Part shown: in pieces, positions 52,216-64,000 of the stretch
How positions within the stretch are numbered: position 1 is the first letter of the stretch
Layout: each line of letters opens with the position of its first letter
Source: Tubiluchus corallicola
Lineage: Eukaryota; Animalia; Priapulida
DNA length: 64,000 bases
Direction of reading: 5' to 3'
NCBI GenBank assembly: GCA_030141605.1
Contig: JAQGDQ010000414.1
Span: 141,039-205,038, forward strand
Made by a program: the position numbers and the translations under genes
Notes under the pieces: generated by a model
Seen by the model: the letters and a program-made list of their open reading frames with translations, nothing else
The model's database searches: none
Told to the model about the DNA's origin: nothing

Positions 52216-55200
52216 TATAGCCGGTCTTTATAATTAGCTGGAATATTTGATCAAGCTTGCTTCAATCAAGTATCCATCTAAAGTGTTTAGGCCTAATTAA
52301 GATAACATAAAAGTGTAATCAAGCAGTTAATGAGTAGGCCATAATTAGCGAAAGTTGAACCCCCTCGCCCCCTCCCCGACTTGGATGAGTATACTGCAAA
52401 CCATGACGTAATTAAAACTTGGTTATAACAGCTACTGAGCACCGGTGAAACAGGCGAAAAAACAAAAGGAAAAAACGAAGAAAAAGGCGAATGAAAATAA
52501 AAAAAGGAAAAACGGAAGTCGAGGAGGTAAAAAAAAGGAACGAAACTAAAAAGAGATTTTCAAACAAAAACTAAGACGAAATCGAAAGAAAATAAGAGAC
52601 GAAAAAGTGCACTATGGTTTTTTCAAACTACACTGTATTTCAAGTAATTGCACTCATTGTTACGTATACGAAATTTGTGAATTATCTTCTGTGTGCGTTT
52701 CTCAGCCTCAATGGCGCTGAGCAAAAAATTCCAGGCAATTATAATATAATCAGACTCCTTGTGCCATTATACTTCTGTGCTTTTGGCGGGAAGATGTTTT
52801 AAATAGTGATGAGCATGACAGTATAATGATGATATAAAAGTGACATCGCTGGCAGGACCTCTATTGTACTGATCTAAACAACAAAACAATATGAATTCTC
52901 TCAATCCTTTATAATTTTCATACCAGGAATTCCAGAGGGGTGGATCAAGGAGAGGGAAGAAATGTTGTCACGCGAGCTGCATTGGGAGAGGTAATTGATG
53001 TAACACAAAACACAGGATGAAAGATGTATCACATAGTGTAGCGCCATGTCTCCGGGAATTAAGCAATTGCACAGGCCTACGTAATGTTAAAGCGAAGAAA
53101 TAAACTTCAGCAACACAAAGGGGTACGAAATGCTTTTACTACAATAGTACGACAACAAATGCTTTTCGATAAATTTTTAAGAAAAAAAAGCGGAATTAAT
53201 TCTTATTAATGAAAAAAACACCAGTTCGTTTTTCATTCGACAGTTTTTGACTACATGGCGTACGTTCAGTTCATTCAAGTAAAAAAATCACTTTGCCTCT
53301 TCTGGATCCACATTCAATCTTATTTGATTTTAGTCAGCGACAAGGTAAAGTGAAACAGAACTTGAATTTAACATAGGTTTTATTAATACCTGGTGCGTAA
53401 GACATTTAGCTTGTTAGTTCAATGAAAACAACTTTCTAGGCCAAGCTCTAGTAAATTAGTCTTTTCTAACCGATTTTTGCAGTAAAAGTTGTCCCTATCA
53501 ACTCTTTTCCATACTTGAACTAAGGTTGTTCCATGTGAACGAGGCCAACAAAACCGACAGCAGCACTACTATCAGTAAAGATTAGACAGAAAAACTAGCT
53601 CATTGGCAACTTAGACCGAGATATGGTCAACGGTTGCTTCAATATCTGCCACTTGTTCGATGATATTTTTCGCTAGATTGGATACAGCCCAGGTCGGAAT
53701 CGCCGATTATCACAACCAACAGTGGCTATATGGCGTTTCTTTTCACCATACTGTGCCGTGCCTTCTTTTCAGTATAAGGAAAAAATAGACTAACAATAGC
53801 GTGCACTTTACCATTGTCCTTGAGCTGGGCACAAAATGGGTTTTGTTGGTCAAAGAAAGGCAGCATTCTTTAGCCATGGGAGCAGAGTTCTGTGTGGAAC
53901 GTATTACAATGCGCTCTTTTATTGTTGACTGCAACAATTTTAAGCGCTTTACAAGCGATGAGCCGATTAGACCGAGGGCTGTGATGAGTGCTCACTGACC
54001 ACAATCAAAAATTTATTTAGCGGCTGAGATGGTATAAGTGTGAGACTCTTCTCGGTAGCCCTGTTGACAGAAGAAGAAAAGTCGCAGTTTGAAAGCCAAC
54101 TGCTTGATTTGTAGATTAATTATTAGCTTAGATTGTTGTTGTATTTCGACAGCTAGGTCATAAATTACAAAAAATACACACACTATTACAAGTACATTTA
54201 CAATTATAATTACAAAAAAACATCTAAAAGTATAATTGTTACGAAATAATAAAAATATTACAATTACAGATATAAAATAATTCATTTAAGTGGATGTCTG
54301 TCATGTTTGCCTTCATTTTAAACCTACGTTCTAGTTTCAGTTGTCTACAACTAAACGCCTAAAAGCCCTAAACGAAATTCAAATATGTAGTTCTTTTCGA
54401 TGAATGCGATGCCGCAGACACCATGAAAGAAGATGCCTGCTAGCGGTAGTTCATAAATTTGCTAAAGTTCTTCTAACCTTCCACCAGTTTCTTTGTTTCT
54501 TCTTCCAAGATTTCGGTTTGTTTAACAATCTGTCATTACGTTTTAGCTTATCTGGTTTTTTCCTGGAGGCGTTAAGTAGCTGTTTTCGCTAAACTGTTTG
54601 TGATGTATTAGGTATTTATTGCAACAACTCAGTATTTATTGCTGCACAAAACATAATTATAAAAACCCAAATTACAATTCATGACATATAAGCATAATAA
54701 GACATTTAAGATAGCAAAATAAATCAAACAACATTAAAACCTAATTTGCAAATATGTTTCTGACTTATGTTGTTGATATTAGAAGGCTTATTCACCTACT
54801 TATGATTCATTGTACTATACATGCTAGTACATGCTAGTCAATAGGTAAACAGTTTCGCGTAACCACTCTAAAATACAATATCACATACAAGTATTTATGC
54901 ACTAAACTAAAGTGACTTAACTAAAAAAACATAAGTAATTATAAAATAACCTGAAACAGCATTTAATTATAAATAGTAAGAAATTATTTTTCATTTTAAC
55001 TTTTAAACATGTTGCACATTTCTGGCATTTTTACGACATTTGGAATATTATTCCTTTTGATGGCACAATTGTATTTTGATCAGATGTTTCACTGTGTCAG
55101 TTTTTTTCATTTAAGAACATGATAGTAATTAGAAGCGATCTACTTAGTTATTTTTATAGAAATTTCATTCCATAACACTTTGAGATGCATTGGACCAAAC

Positions 55201-58200
55201 AAAAGTTAGCCCAACACAATCAGTTTTGATAACTGGGGGTTTGTGCGCTTTGAAAAGAAAAATTCCCAGAAAGTTTTTTTTGCAGAAAAATCATTTCCCC
55301 CATAAAATTCTCATTCCTACATTTCGTAGAAAAATATTTTCTGGAAAACGTACTACATACAATTTTTTCTAGAAAAATGATTCATGAAACGCAAGCAAAA
55401 CATAAAATTATTGATACAAATAAATTTGGCTTCTTTGTGGATGCAATAATGTTCCATAACTTCCTTTCTGTCAGTCAGTCTGTTTGTCTATCAGCCTGTC
55501 TGTCTGTTTCTTTCTCTCACTCCCTTCTCTTTTTCTCTCTTCTCTCTCATTACCTCCCTCTTTTTCAGGAAATCTCACACAAATATCACGTAAATCTTCT
55601 CGAAAATCGGAAACCTCATAGAAACTCACAAGATATCACATAAGCATCATTCAAATAAAAAGATAACAAAGGGAATACATTAAAATATCAAAACAAGATT
55701 CTGCCTGACTTATTTTTTGTTATGTGAATGTAGATCTACTCGGTTAATTAAATAATTCTGTAAGAAAATTGATATGATTTAATTCGATTTAGTGTATAAA
55801 ATTTGTAGTACGAGGTGGTTTATGATGTAAGGTTGCTTGCATGGTTTGAGATCGTAATTTCCCAATTTTTTCAACATTACATAATACAATTTATTCTATG
55901 GTAATATTTTCTTTGGGACACAGTCACCTTTACTTAGTTCAGCAAAGTCGTTGAGGTGAGGTCTTTAACAATTAAAAAATAATTACGTTGTGGACGGTAA
56001 ACCTAACTAATGCGCATCTTTGTAATCTGCGCGGCATAACGCGCGTGACGGAACTGTGACACTCAGTCGCCTTACACAAATTATCCGGATTTTGTGACGT
56101 TGCAAAGTACCTATAGAACTTAATCATCAATTATGTCTGTTCAGTGAATAAAAGCCTAATGGTCCTAAGTGCGTGCACTTCTCACACGAGTGTGTATTGA
56201 AGTCACCTCCATTGTACCTGTATAATCACTATTATTCACTGGCTTCCGAGCAGCTTCCCAGCAGCTTGGAATTATCACCAATTAACCGAGTTCTCATTAT
56301 TGTGCCAAGAGCGTAATTAAAGGTCTTACGGGCTGCTACCTGTTGTCATTAGCGAGTAAATAATTATTGTCCGCGGAAGAGCAAATAAACAGATCTGAAA
56401 ATATTGTGTTTTTTGTCGAAGTCTGTAATAACTGTTGCTGTATTTGCACTTAAGTTGCTGTTGTTGTTGTTGCACAGGTAAAGAAACTTATGAAATATGG
56501 GCAGGTCGTTTTGTGAAGTTTTTGAGGCATTATTTTGGAGAGTATGCTTTCGCCGCTACTCCGGTCACAAGATGTGTTTTGAGGCAAAAATAAGGCGTTT
56601 TTCATTTTTATGAGTATGACTCTCCAAAATAACAGTATACTACACATTCATTTTTTTTGAAAACTTCAATTATAACAGTCTATACTTACACTTTGTCTTA
56701 CTGTAACTGCCAGTAATATGTACAGTACATGTACACCATAATTAATAAAAATATACATCTTTTGTAAAAAAATTTAATTGCACTTTTGGTTTCCACTTAT
56801 GTGTTTTTTGAAAATTTTATTTATTCATTATAAAAATTAAATGATAGCATCGTAGTTATGGGTATGCCCATTTTATCTTCTGGTAACCAATATTTTTAGA
56901 CAGAGTCCGCCACTTGCCTTTTGATTTTATTAGCCGCATACAGCAAAAAATCTGTATGCAGTCAACTGTGTGAGGTAAATCGTCTCACAACAATTTTGCG
57001 CGCACACGGTAACTTTTGTTCAAGTAAGCTCACTAAGCTCATTTAGTAGGCACAACGTGACAAGATTGTTTTGTTTTTATTATTGTTCGCTAGTTGTTTT
57101 TTTTTCTGGCACACATTTTTGTACCCGAGAACAGGACCTGAACACGAGAACAGGATGAGTTGAGTAAGAAAAAATTAAACACTTTCTTAAGACACTGCGC
57201 CCGTTAAAATTGGTAAAACAGAGTTTATCGAATCTTCACGCAAACAAAAAACCTGTGTCATATAATGTTGTTGCAGAGAAATTTTACCGAGTTTTTTATT
57301 TAATGCGTGTGGTAATAAAAGTTGTTAAACTTTCTTATGCAAGTTTAGTTTATAATTGCATCATATCACAATTTATTTGGCAATATAAATCTTCATAATT
57401 ATTTAAATGATCATAATCATAGTGATTACAACAAATAGCGTTTTTAATGTAAATCAGTACAAATAAAGTCAATCAGTACAAATAAAGTCAAAGAGAGATT
57501 TTGTGCAGCTGCATTACCTTTAACTTTGTTGCAAATTGCTAAAGAAATTAATACGAACATTAATTTTCAGCTGTTTGTCATAACATCATTAGTCGTTTTG
57601 TTGGTATTGTTAATATACTTGATCATTAGTCGTTATGTAAAATTTTTTCCTTCAAACTCTCCGCCGCAAAATAAGTTTCACAGTAGTGTCCTTAGATAAT
57701 CTTGTTTTGGACAAAATAAGCCAGTTGAATGTACAAACTCATATTATTTAGTTGAGTCCACCATTTGTCAAGTAAATTCCATTAGTGATGACCGGCTACA
57801 GAAACTTTGTAATGGTTTGCAAGTCGCAAATGAGATTGAATAAACGCTCAAAAAACATTCATTGTCAGGTAATGCGTTGAGGGGAAAAATGCGTTCAGTT
57901 AAAATGAATACGAAATTAAGAGTTGGTCTTTCTTCTATGGAGAAGGTAATACGGTTCTTCTACTTTTTCTTAGTTCCGGTCACCTCCGAAATACAAAAAC
58001 TCTGCAATCCTTTGTTGCCAAGGTTGATGAATCACGAGTTGACATACGTAGTCTGTCTTAACGGTTTGTCTTTTTCTCTAAACCAATTCGGCTCGGCTTG
58101 TCGTTTGTCATAGCAAATTTTGTTTGGCCAACATTTACAAAGATAGATAGAGTGCAGAAAGACGGGCAACAATACGCTGATGAGTTAGGAGCTAAGGCAA

Positions 58201-58674
58201 CAGATCTTCCTGATGAGAAACGTTTTTACCCGGTTTATTTGTTGGGGGTCATTAATCAGGCGTAACTCAGAAATATTTGTAACTACGGCCCAGCATAATA
58301 CCTCGTGATTTAATTTACTTTAGGTCTTTAGTGAACGCATTCATACTGCGTCGTTGTGAAGCTTCTGCTATTATCCAGAACTACACCATCTGAGTGCAGA
58401 TATTTTACTTGAGTCTCCTTCAGTGTGGATAATAAATGATTTAATTAAGTAATATTTCAAATAACACGTTTAAAGAGAAAGATTAATAGCAAGTATCAGT
58501 ATTTATTTAACAAAACAATTCGACAGTTTGTTTATAATTCCAAGTTTATGGTTAGTGATTTAACGGCGTTAAAATTTAAATTGTGTTACAAGCTAATTAT
58601 TGCAGATGACGCGGACAGAAAAACTTAGTTGAACAGAATTTTAATTTTACAATATTGTAAATCATTGTATAAAG

Positions 58675-58823
58675 CATATTGTAAATCATTACATATGTAC
58701 AATATCATCATATACACCTATGAATAAAACATATTGTAAATCATTATATATGTACAATATCATCATATGGGCCTATGAACAAAACATATTGTAAATCATT
58801 ATATATGTGAAGTATCATCATAT
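58675..58823. repeat. 55-bp minisatellite, ~2.7 copies
   Basis: CATATTGTAAATCATTA at 58675, 58730 and 58785. Confidence 0.9.
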
Positions 58824-59729
58824 GTAAAATACTAAGTTTTAGAAGGATGTGTGGAACTTAGTATATAAATAGGATTTAATAATTTGTAACTCAACTAAAA
58901 AATCAGTCCCATCATTAGTCATTCGTAATTTTTTAAAGAGTGTGCAAAAAACTGTGAAAATTAATTGCTGTGATTAAATATTTGTACGAAACCAATGCAT
59001 ACAGGAGTTTTATGGCAAGCAACTGTATGTCATATGTCAAAAAATTTCCTTGTTTATTATTAATCTATTTTAAATAAATTTTTACCTACAAGTGAATCCT
59101 CTTCTCATAAATATGCACATAATCTTATCATAGTTTTTATAATGTATTTCATCTTTTTATATATGTCCACTATTTGAATGTGAGAACCACAGAGAAATTC
59201 AATAAATAAAATAACAATATTGCTCACTTATAGTAGCTCTTCATCTATTTCTTTGACAGTGTCAGTTTTCTGTAGTTTACACAGTTTTTTAATATTAAAT
59301 AATAAGTTTACTAACGAACAACACAGTACATTATACGATATATAAAGAATCAAACGTCACACAAAAACATGCCAACACTTGAGTATAAACCGTATAATCC
59401 TCGTATTGAAACAGTAAAAAAAACAGTAGAGATTAAATAGGTTATAATATTCATAATTTATAAGTTGTTATAATTTTATCGATTTTATATGTTGTTTTTT
59501 ATACCATTGTCAGTTATGTTGTTGATGCTGAAAATTATGTTTAACTTAAATTAATGCTATTTACATCAATGACACCGCAAACTGTTTTTAGTCGAATTTT
59601 TACTTAATTAAAATCTTGACAGTAACATCTGCAATCTGCGGTCTGTATATACACTTGCTGTTGAGCAACTGAAATGTTTGATCTCGAGGGATAGTACAAC
59701 CCAGAGGGCTGCTACTGAGGGTTATATAA

Positions 59730-59898
59730 TTCACTCATTCACTCACTTATTCATTCATTCATTCATTCATTCATTCATTCATTCATTCATTCATTCATTC
59801 ATTCATTCATTCATTCATTCATTCATTCATTCATTCATTCATTCATTCATTCATTCATTCATTCATTCATTCATTAATCCATTCATTCACCTATTCAC
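59730..59898. repeat. (TCAT)n microsatellite (LINE target)
   Basis: Directly visible; continues at 60534-60815. Confidence 0.95.
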
Positions 59899-60533
59899 TT
59901 CTTCTTCTTCTTCTCAGCTTTTCCCTATGCGGGGTCGCCGTTGTGAATAAGTCGTCTCCATGCATTCCTGTTGTTAACCATCTCTACATTTATGTTCTTC
60001 TCTCTAAGGTCTCCGTTAATACATTCGAACCATCTCAGCTTGGGTCGTCCTCTTCTTCTATTTCCCAGCACTTCCATTTCCATGACCTCCCTTCCCACGT
60101 GATCTTCCCCGACTCTTCTTCTCAGGTGCCCATACCATCGCAATCTTGCCTCTTGTATCTTTTTCGAGGCTTCCACTACTTTCACTGTTCCTCTAATATT
60201 ACTATTCCTGATTTTGTCCCTTCTTGTTACTCCCACCATCCATCTCAACATCCTCATCTCCGCCACATCCATTTTCTTCTCCTCGGTCTTCTTTAGAGGT
60301 GCTGCTTCCAGCCCATATATTAGGGCGGGTCTGACCACTGCTTTGTGAACTTTACCCTTAAGTCTCGCTGGAATCCTCTTATCGCATATCACCCCTGAAA
60401 CTTTTCGCCAGTTATTCCAACCACACTGAATCCTGAAATTCACCTCCTTTTCCATTCCTGCAGTCTCGTCTGTCATTGAACCCAGATACTTAAAGGTCTT
60501 TACTCTTTTCAACTCTGCCCCATTCAGTCACCT
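59899..60533 (-). mobile_element. 5'-truncated RTE-clade LINE with intact ORF end, (GAA)n tail and target-site duplication
   Basis: FKYLGS..EVNFRIQCGWNNWRKVSGVICDKRIPARLKGKVHKAVVRPALIYGLE..EMRMLRWMVG..RLRWYGH..RRRGRPK; (GAA)n tail at 59899-59913; ATTCATTCACCTATTCAC at 59881-59898 and 60534-60551. Confidence 0.93.
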
Positions 60534-60815
60534 ATTCATTCACCTATTCACACATTCATTTAATCATTTAATCTTCTGTTCATTCGTTTATTCATTCATC
60601 GGTTCATCCATTCATTCATTCATTCATTCATTCATTCATTCATTCATTCATTCATTCATTCATTCATTCATTCATTCCTTCATTCATTCATTCATTCATT
60701 CATTCATTCATTCATTCATTCATTCACCTATTCATACACTCATTTAATCATTCAATCTTCTGTTCATTCGTTTATTCATTCATCGCTTCATTCATTCATT
60801 CATTCATTCATTCAT
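60534..60815. repeat. (TCAT)n array with a duplicated ~65-bp variant block
   Basis: CACCTATTCA..CATTTAATCATT.AATCTTCTGTTCATTCGTTTATTCATTCATCG at ~60541 and ~60725. Confidence 0.9.
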
Positions 60816-62441
60816 TTAGCAAAAACACACTGCCGAATACGAAGCATTCTGTATTTAACTAAATATATTCTAATTAAAAAAAATAAATAAATCGTTTCCA
60901 TTCGGCCTGAAATTAATGAAAAACTGTTGTAAATAATGTAGTCCTGTAAAGTATGTAAGAGTAACCAGCACAGACATTACTTAATTATTTAAAAGGAGTA
61001 TTGTAATGACATCTCGCGTAAGCAAAAGTAGCTTTGGGGAGACATACAGCAGTATACCTCTTAATGACTTCATGGCGACATCTAACGGTCGCATTTGGTA
61101 TTACGTATGCAGTAAATAAGAGATTTAATGCGTGGTATTTTCAAGTACAGATTCAAACTGATGAACATTGCAGAGGCAGTCGAAACGTTTTGGATTTTAA
61201 TAAATGAAAATCATAATCAAATTAATTAATTGTTCTGTACCACATTATAAGGTTGGAATTAAAATATTTACCGGCGTAGATCTGCGTAATACCAATGACA
61301 ACTTTTTTGCTTCTTTGGTTCTTTATTCGACGAATATTTTTTTCAAATTACATATTTCTTAATGTCTTTACAACAATTTCGACATAACGCAGAAAGTTAA
61401 AGACTGAGTGAAAATTTCTTTAAGGCGTCTAATGCCAAGTTATAGTGAATTTAACAAATAAGTTTAAATAGTTATTTACTAGTAGAACAATAGCAGTTGT
61501 TCTCATTTTTTCCTAATGACTGTCAGACAAAGTTATTCATTTCCATTCACTCTTAGCTTTGAGGCAAGTTAGTAACGACTTTGAAATTTAACCTTTTAAA
61601 ATTGCCAAGCGCCATATTTACAGTTGCGCTTTGCTTTAGCTAGCTAGAGTTTGTTTGGTATCCGTGTATTTTGAGGAAAAAACTTACAGAACTATACCCA
61701 GATGCTTTAGGCTCAACAGGTTGCCTCCTTGGAGAATTGTCTTAATTTTAGGCAAAATTTAACTTTGGTTCATCCCACTACTCTACTACTATGTGTGGAC
61801 AAATGCACGTTTTCTTGAATGATAAGTACATAGATGAGGTACAACGAGTGTTTTATAATAACGGTAGACCACAGCAACACTCAATGGTACCATGCTCGCT
61901 TTCATTTTGGGAACAGTTTGTTCAGTCCACCAACCCAGGCAACACACAGTATTGTCACCATGTAGCCATGATCTCGTCAGGATCTTGACGTTCAGAAAAT
62001 ATTGTCACCATACTAGTACAATATAGGATATTTTTGTCCAATATTAGTACAACATTGGACCAAAATTGTCGTCCAGTATTGGAAATACATGGTTTACACT
62101 ACAAACAGTACATATTGCAAACTATTATAAGCAGAGGTGTGCCTACGTGACCAAATAGTTCATTCAATAGTGTGTATGAAAACAATAGACAAGCGACAAC
62201 TGATTCGTTCTTGGGCCCTTCCAAGGTAAAATATGAACCCATTAATTAATCACAGACCTACTTTTCAACAAAAATGGATTTAACTATCGACACCTTGGCA
62301 GTATTTATTTGCAGTTTACGGCCTGCCTATGTGCATCGTCCGAACATTCTTTTGTTTTTAAGAAAATTGACCTTGCATTTGGAACAAAGCCAATGTGCTC
62401 GACGGATGCTACAATGACAGTTGCTATTGTCAACCCGGCCT

Positions 62442-62448
62442 TATATAA
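62442..62448 (+). promoter_or_regulatory. TATA box of the Reeler-domain gene
   Basis: TATATAA 68 nt upstream of the ATG at 62510; TTCATC initiator-like ~30 nt downstream. Confidence 0.65.
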
Positions 62449-62509
62449 GTGGAGCGCTATGTGCTTTTGTATGTTCATCGAATACGTCTTTGTCGAAAGT
62501 TCAGTCAAC

Positions 62510-62687
62510 ATGCTTGGGTTTGTAGTGGTTATTTTGGCGTGTGGATCACTTGCAGGTAGCCACCCATTTGGGGCACCTTCTAGTGCATGCGACAGTATGC
62601 TTCCCAGTCATCAAGTTCCGTTCAGTTCTGCACCTTCTCCGTTCCAATTAAATGCCGTGCAACTTCCTAATCCACGAAGAATGCGAG
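62510..62687 (+). CDS. Exon 1 of a secreted Reeler-domain protein (defense protein / FRRS1-like)
   Basis: Signal peptide MLGFVVVILACGSLAGS, then HPFGAPSSACDSMLPSH..SPFQL matching the Reeler N-terminus (GAP..AC..M.P.H..SPY/F); CAACATG start context; donor GAG|gtaagt at 62688, phase 1. Confidence 0.85.
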
Positions 62688-62749
62688 GTAAGTAAACGAG
62701 TAACATAAATTTTATTCTTAATGACAACAATAGAATAATTAATGAAAAA

Positions 62750-63145
62750 CACCACGTTTCAAGTTACCGCTGTAGCTTATCTTCAGGTGAAACAAAGAAA
62801 ACAAATCACGTACAATTACTAATGCAAATTTCTGTAGGAGTTTTGATAACACATAAAAATGTCACACTTGAAAATGGTTACAGTCAGAAAGAATATAGAA
62901 GAAGCACAGCAAGCAAAAACACAAGATAAAACACATGAGTAACTGTATAAAATCACTTGCAACTTTGTTCTGTGACTGTGGTTGTGCTTTGTGTTTTTTC
63001 CATGTGACAGTATCCTTTCTGAAGAGTAAAATCTTTATATGTTAGCAACATAAAAATAACTATCCAGAAAAAATTGTATTATTATTTCCATGTGATATTT
63101 TTTCTTTTTTCACCTGAAAATAAACTACAGTACTTTGAAATGCGT
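62750..63145. mobile_element. Diverged foldback/MITE in Reeler intron 1
   Basis: CTGTAGCTTATCTTCAGGTGAAA (62770) vs TTTCACCTGAAAATAAACTACAG (63108-63130); weaker inverted matches continue inward. Confidence 0.6.
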
Positions 63146-63251
63146 CATGCTTAAAAAGTATTTTTGTCGTTTTTAAGCATGAATTTTTTTTCGTTAATTG
63201 ATTAAAAGATAATTGTCCTTGAAATAGTTCTTCGGTGCAATTATAATATTA

Positions 63252-63284
<33 letters not shown>

Positions 63285-63420
63285 AATGAATGAATGAATG
63301 AATGAATGAATGAATGAATGAAAAAAAAACAACAACAAAAAAAAACCGATGAATGAACAAACGATAACAGAAAATTAAATGATTAAATGAATGTGTGAAT
63401 AAATGTGAATGAATAGGTGA

Positions 63421-64000
63421 CTGAATGGGGCAGAAATTGAAAAGTAAAGACCTTTAAATATCTGGGTTCAATGACAAACGAAAGACTACAGGAATGGAAA
63501 AGGAGAATTGAATTTCAGGATTGTGTGAATAGGAATAACTGGCGAAAAGTTTCAGGGTGATACTGCGATAAGAGGATTCCAGCGAGCAATTAAGGGTCAA
63601 AGCAATAGTCAGACCCGCCCTAATATATGGGCTGGAAGCAACACCTCTAAAGAAGACCGAAGAGAAGAAAATGGATGTGGCGGAGATGAGGATGTTGAGA
63701 TGGATGGTGGGAGTAACAAGAAGGGATAAAATCAGGAATAGTAATATTAGAGGAACAGTGAAAGTAGTGGAAGCCTCGAAAAAGATACAAGAGGCAAGAT
63801 TGCGATGGTATGGGCACCTGAAAAGAAGAGTCGGGGAATATCACGTGGGAAGGGAGGTCATGGAAATGGAAGTGCTGGGAAATAGAAGAGGACGACCCAA
63901 GCTGAGATGGTTCGAATGTATTAACGGAGACCTTAGAGAGAAGAACATAAATGAAGAGATGGTCAACAACAGGAATGCATGGAGACGACTTATTCACAAC
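63421..64000 (+). mobile_element. Inverted near-identical copy of the RTE fragment at 59899-60533, running off the window
   Basis: Reverse complement of 59942-60526, with clustered indels at ~63440-63610. Confidence 0.92.

Noticed and set aside
59943-60296. His-rich 117-aa ORF and its twin at 63647-63997
   Set aside because: Antisense frame of the RTE ORF.
62309-62509. N-terminal extension of the 128-aa Reeler ORF
   Set aside because: Non-ATG start that spans the TATA box; the signal peptide begins at ATG 62510.

Overview
AT-rich, microsatellite-rich animal (invertebrate-type) genomic DNA; no prokaryotic operon, CRISPR or rRNA signal. It is dominated by the 5' part of a minus-strand SoxD (Sox5/6/13-like) gene. 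A large coding exon (885-1428) carries MSSKRK and the SoxD coiled coil. A candidate 29-nt coding first exon (32360-32388) splices onto it in frame across a ~31 kb intron; the HMG box lies outside the window, left of base 1. The intron and upstream flank hold motif-dense candidate enhancers, a nested orphan ORF with an internal repeat (17627-18097), Helentron/HINE-like tandem-repeat elements with palindromic YY1-type cores, Kolobok- and hAT-like MITEs, foldback hairpins, tRNA-derived SINE-like heads and LINE 3' fragments. Near the right end is the first exon of a plus-strand secreted Reeler-domain gene, bracketed by two inverted copies of one 5'-truncated RTE insertion. Most ORF-track entries are translated microsatellites or chance ORFs. 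I found no clearly new multi-gene system; the best leads are the nested orphan ORF, the SoxD micro-exon and regulatory architecture, and the YY1-palindrome element. Family assignments come from remembered sequence, not database searches.
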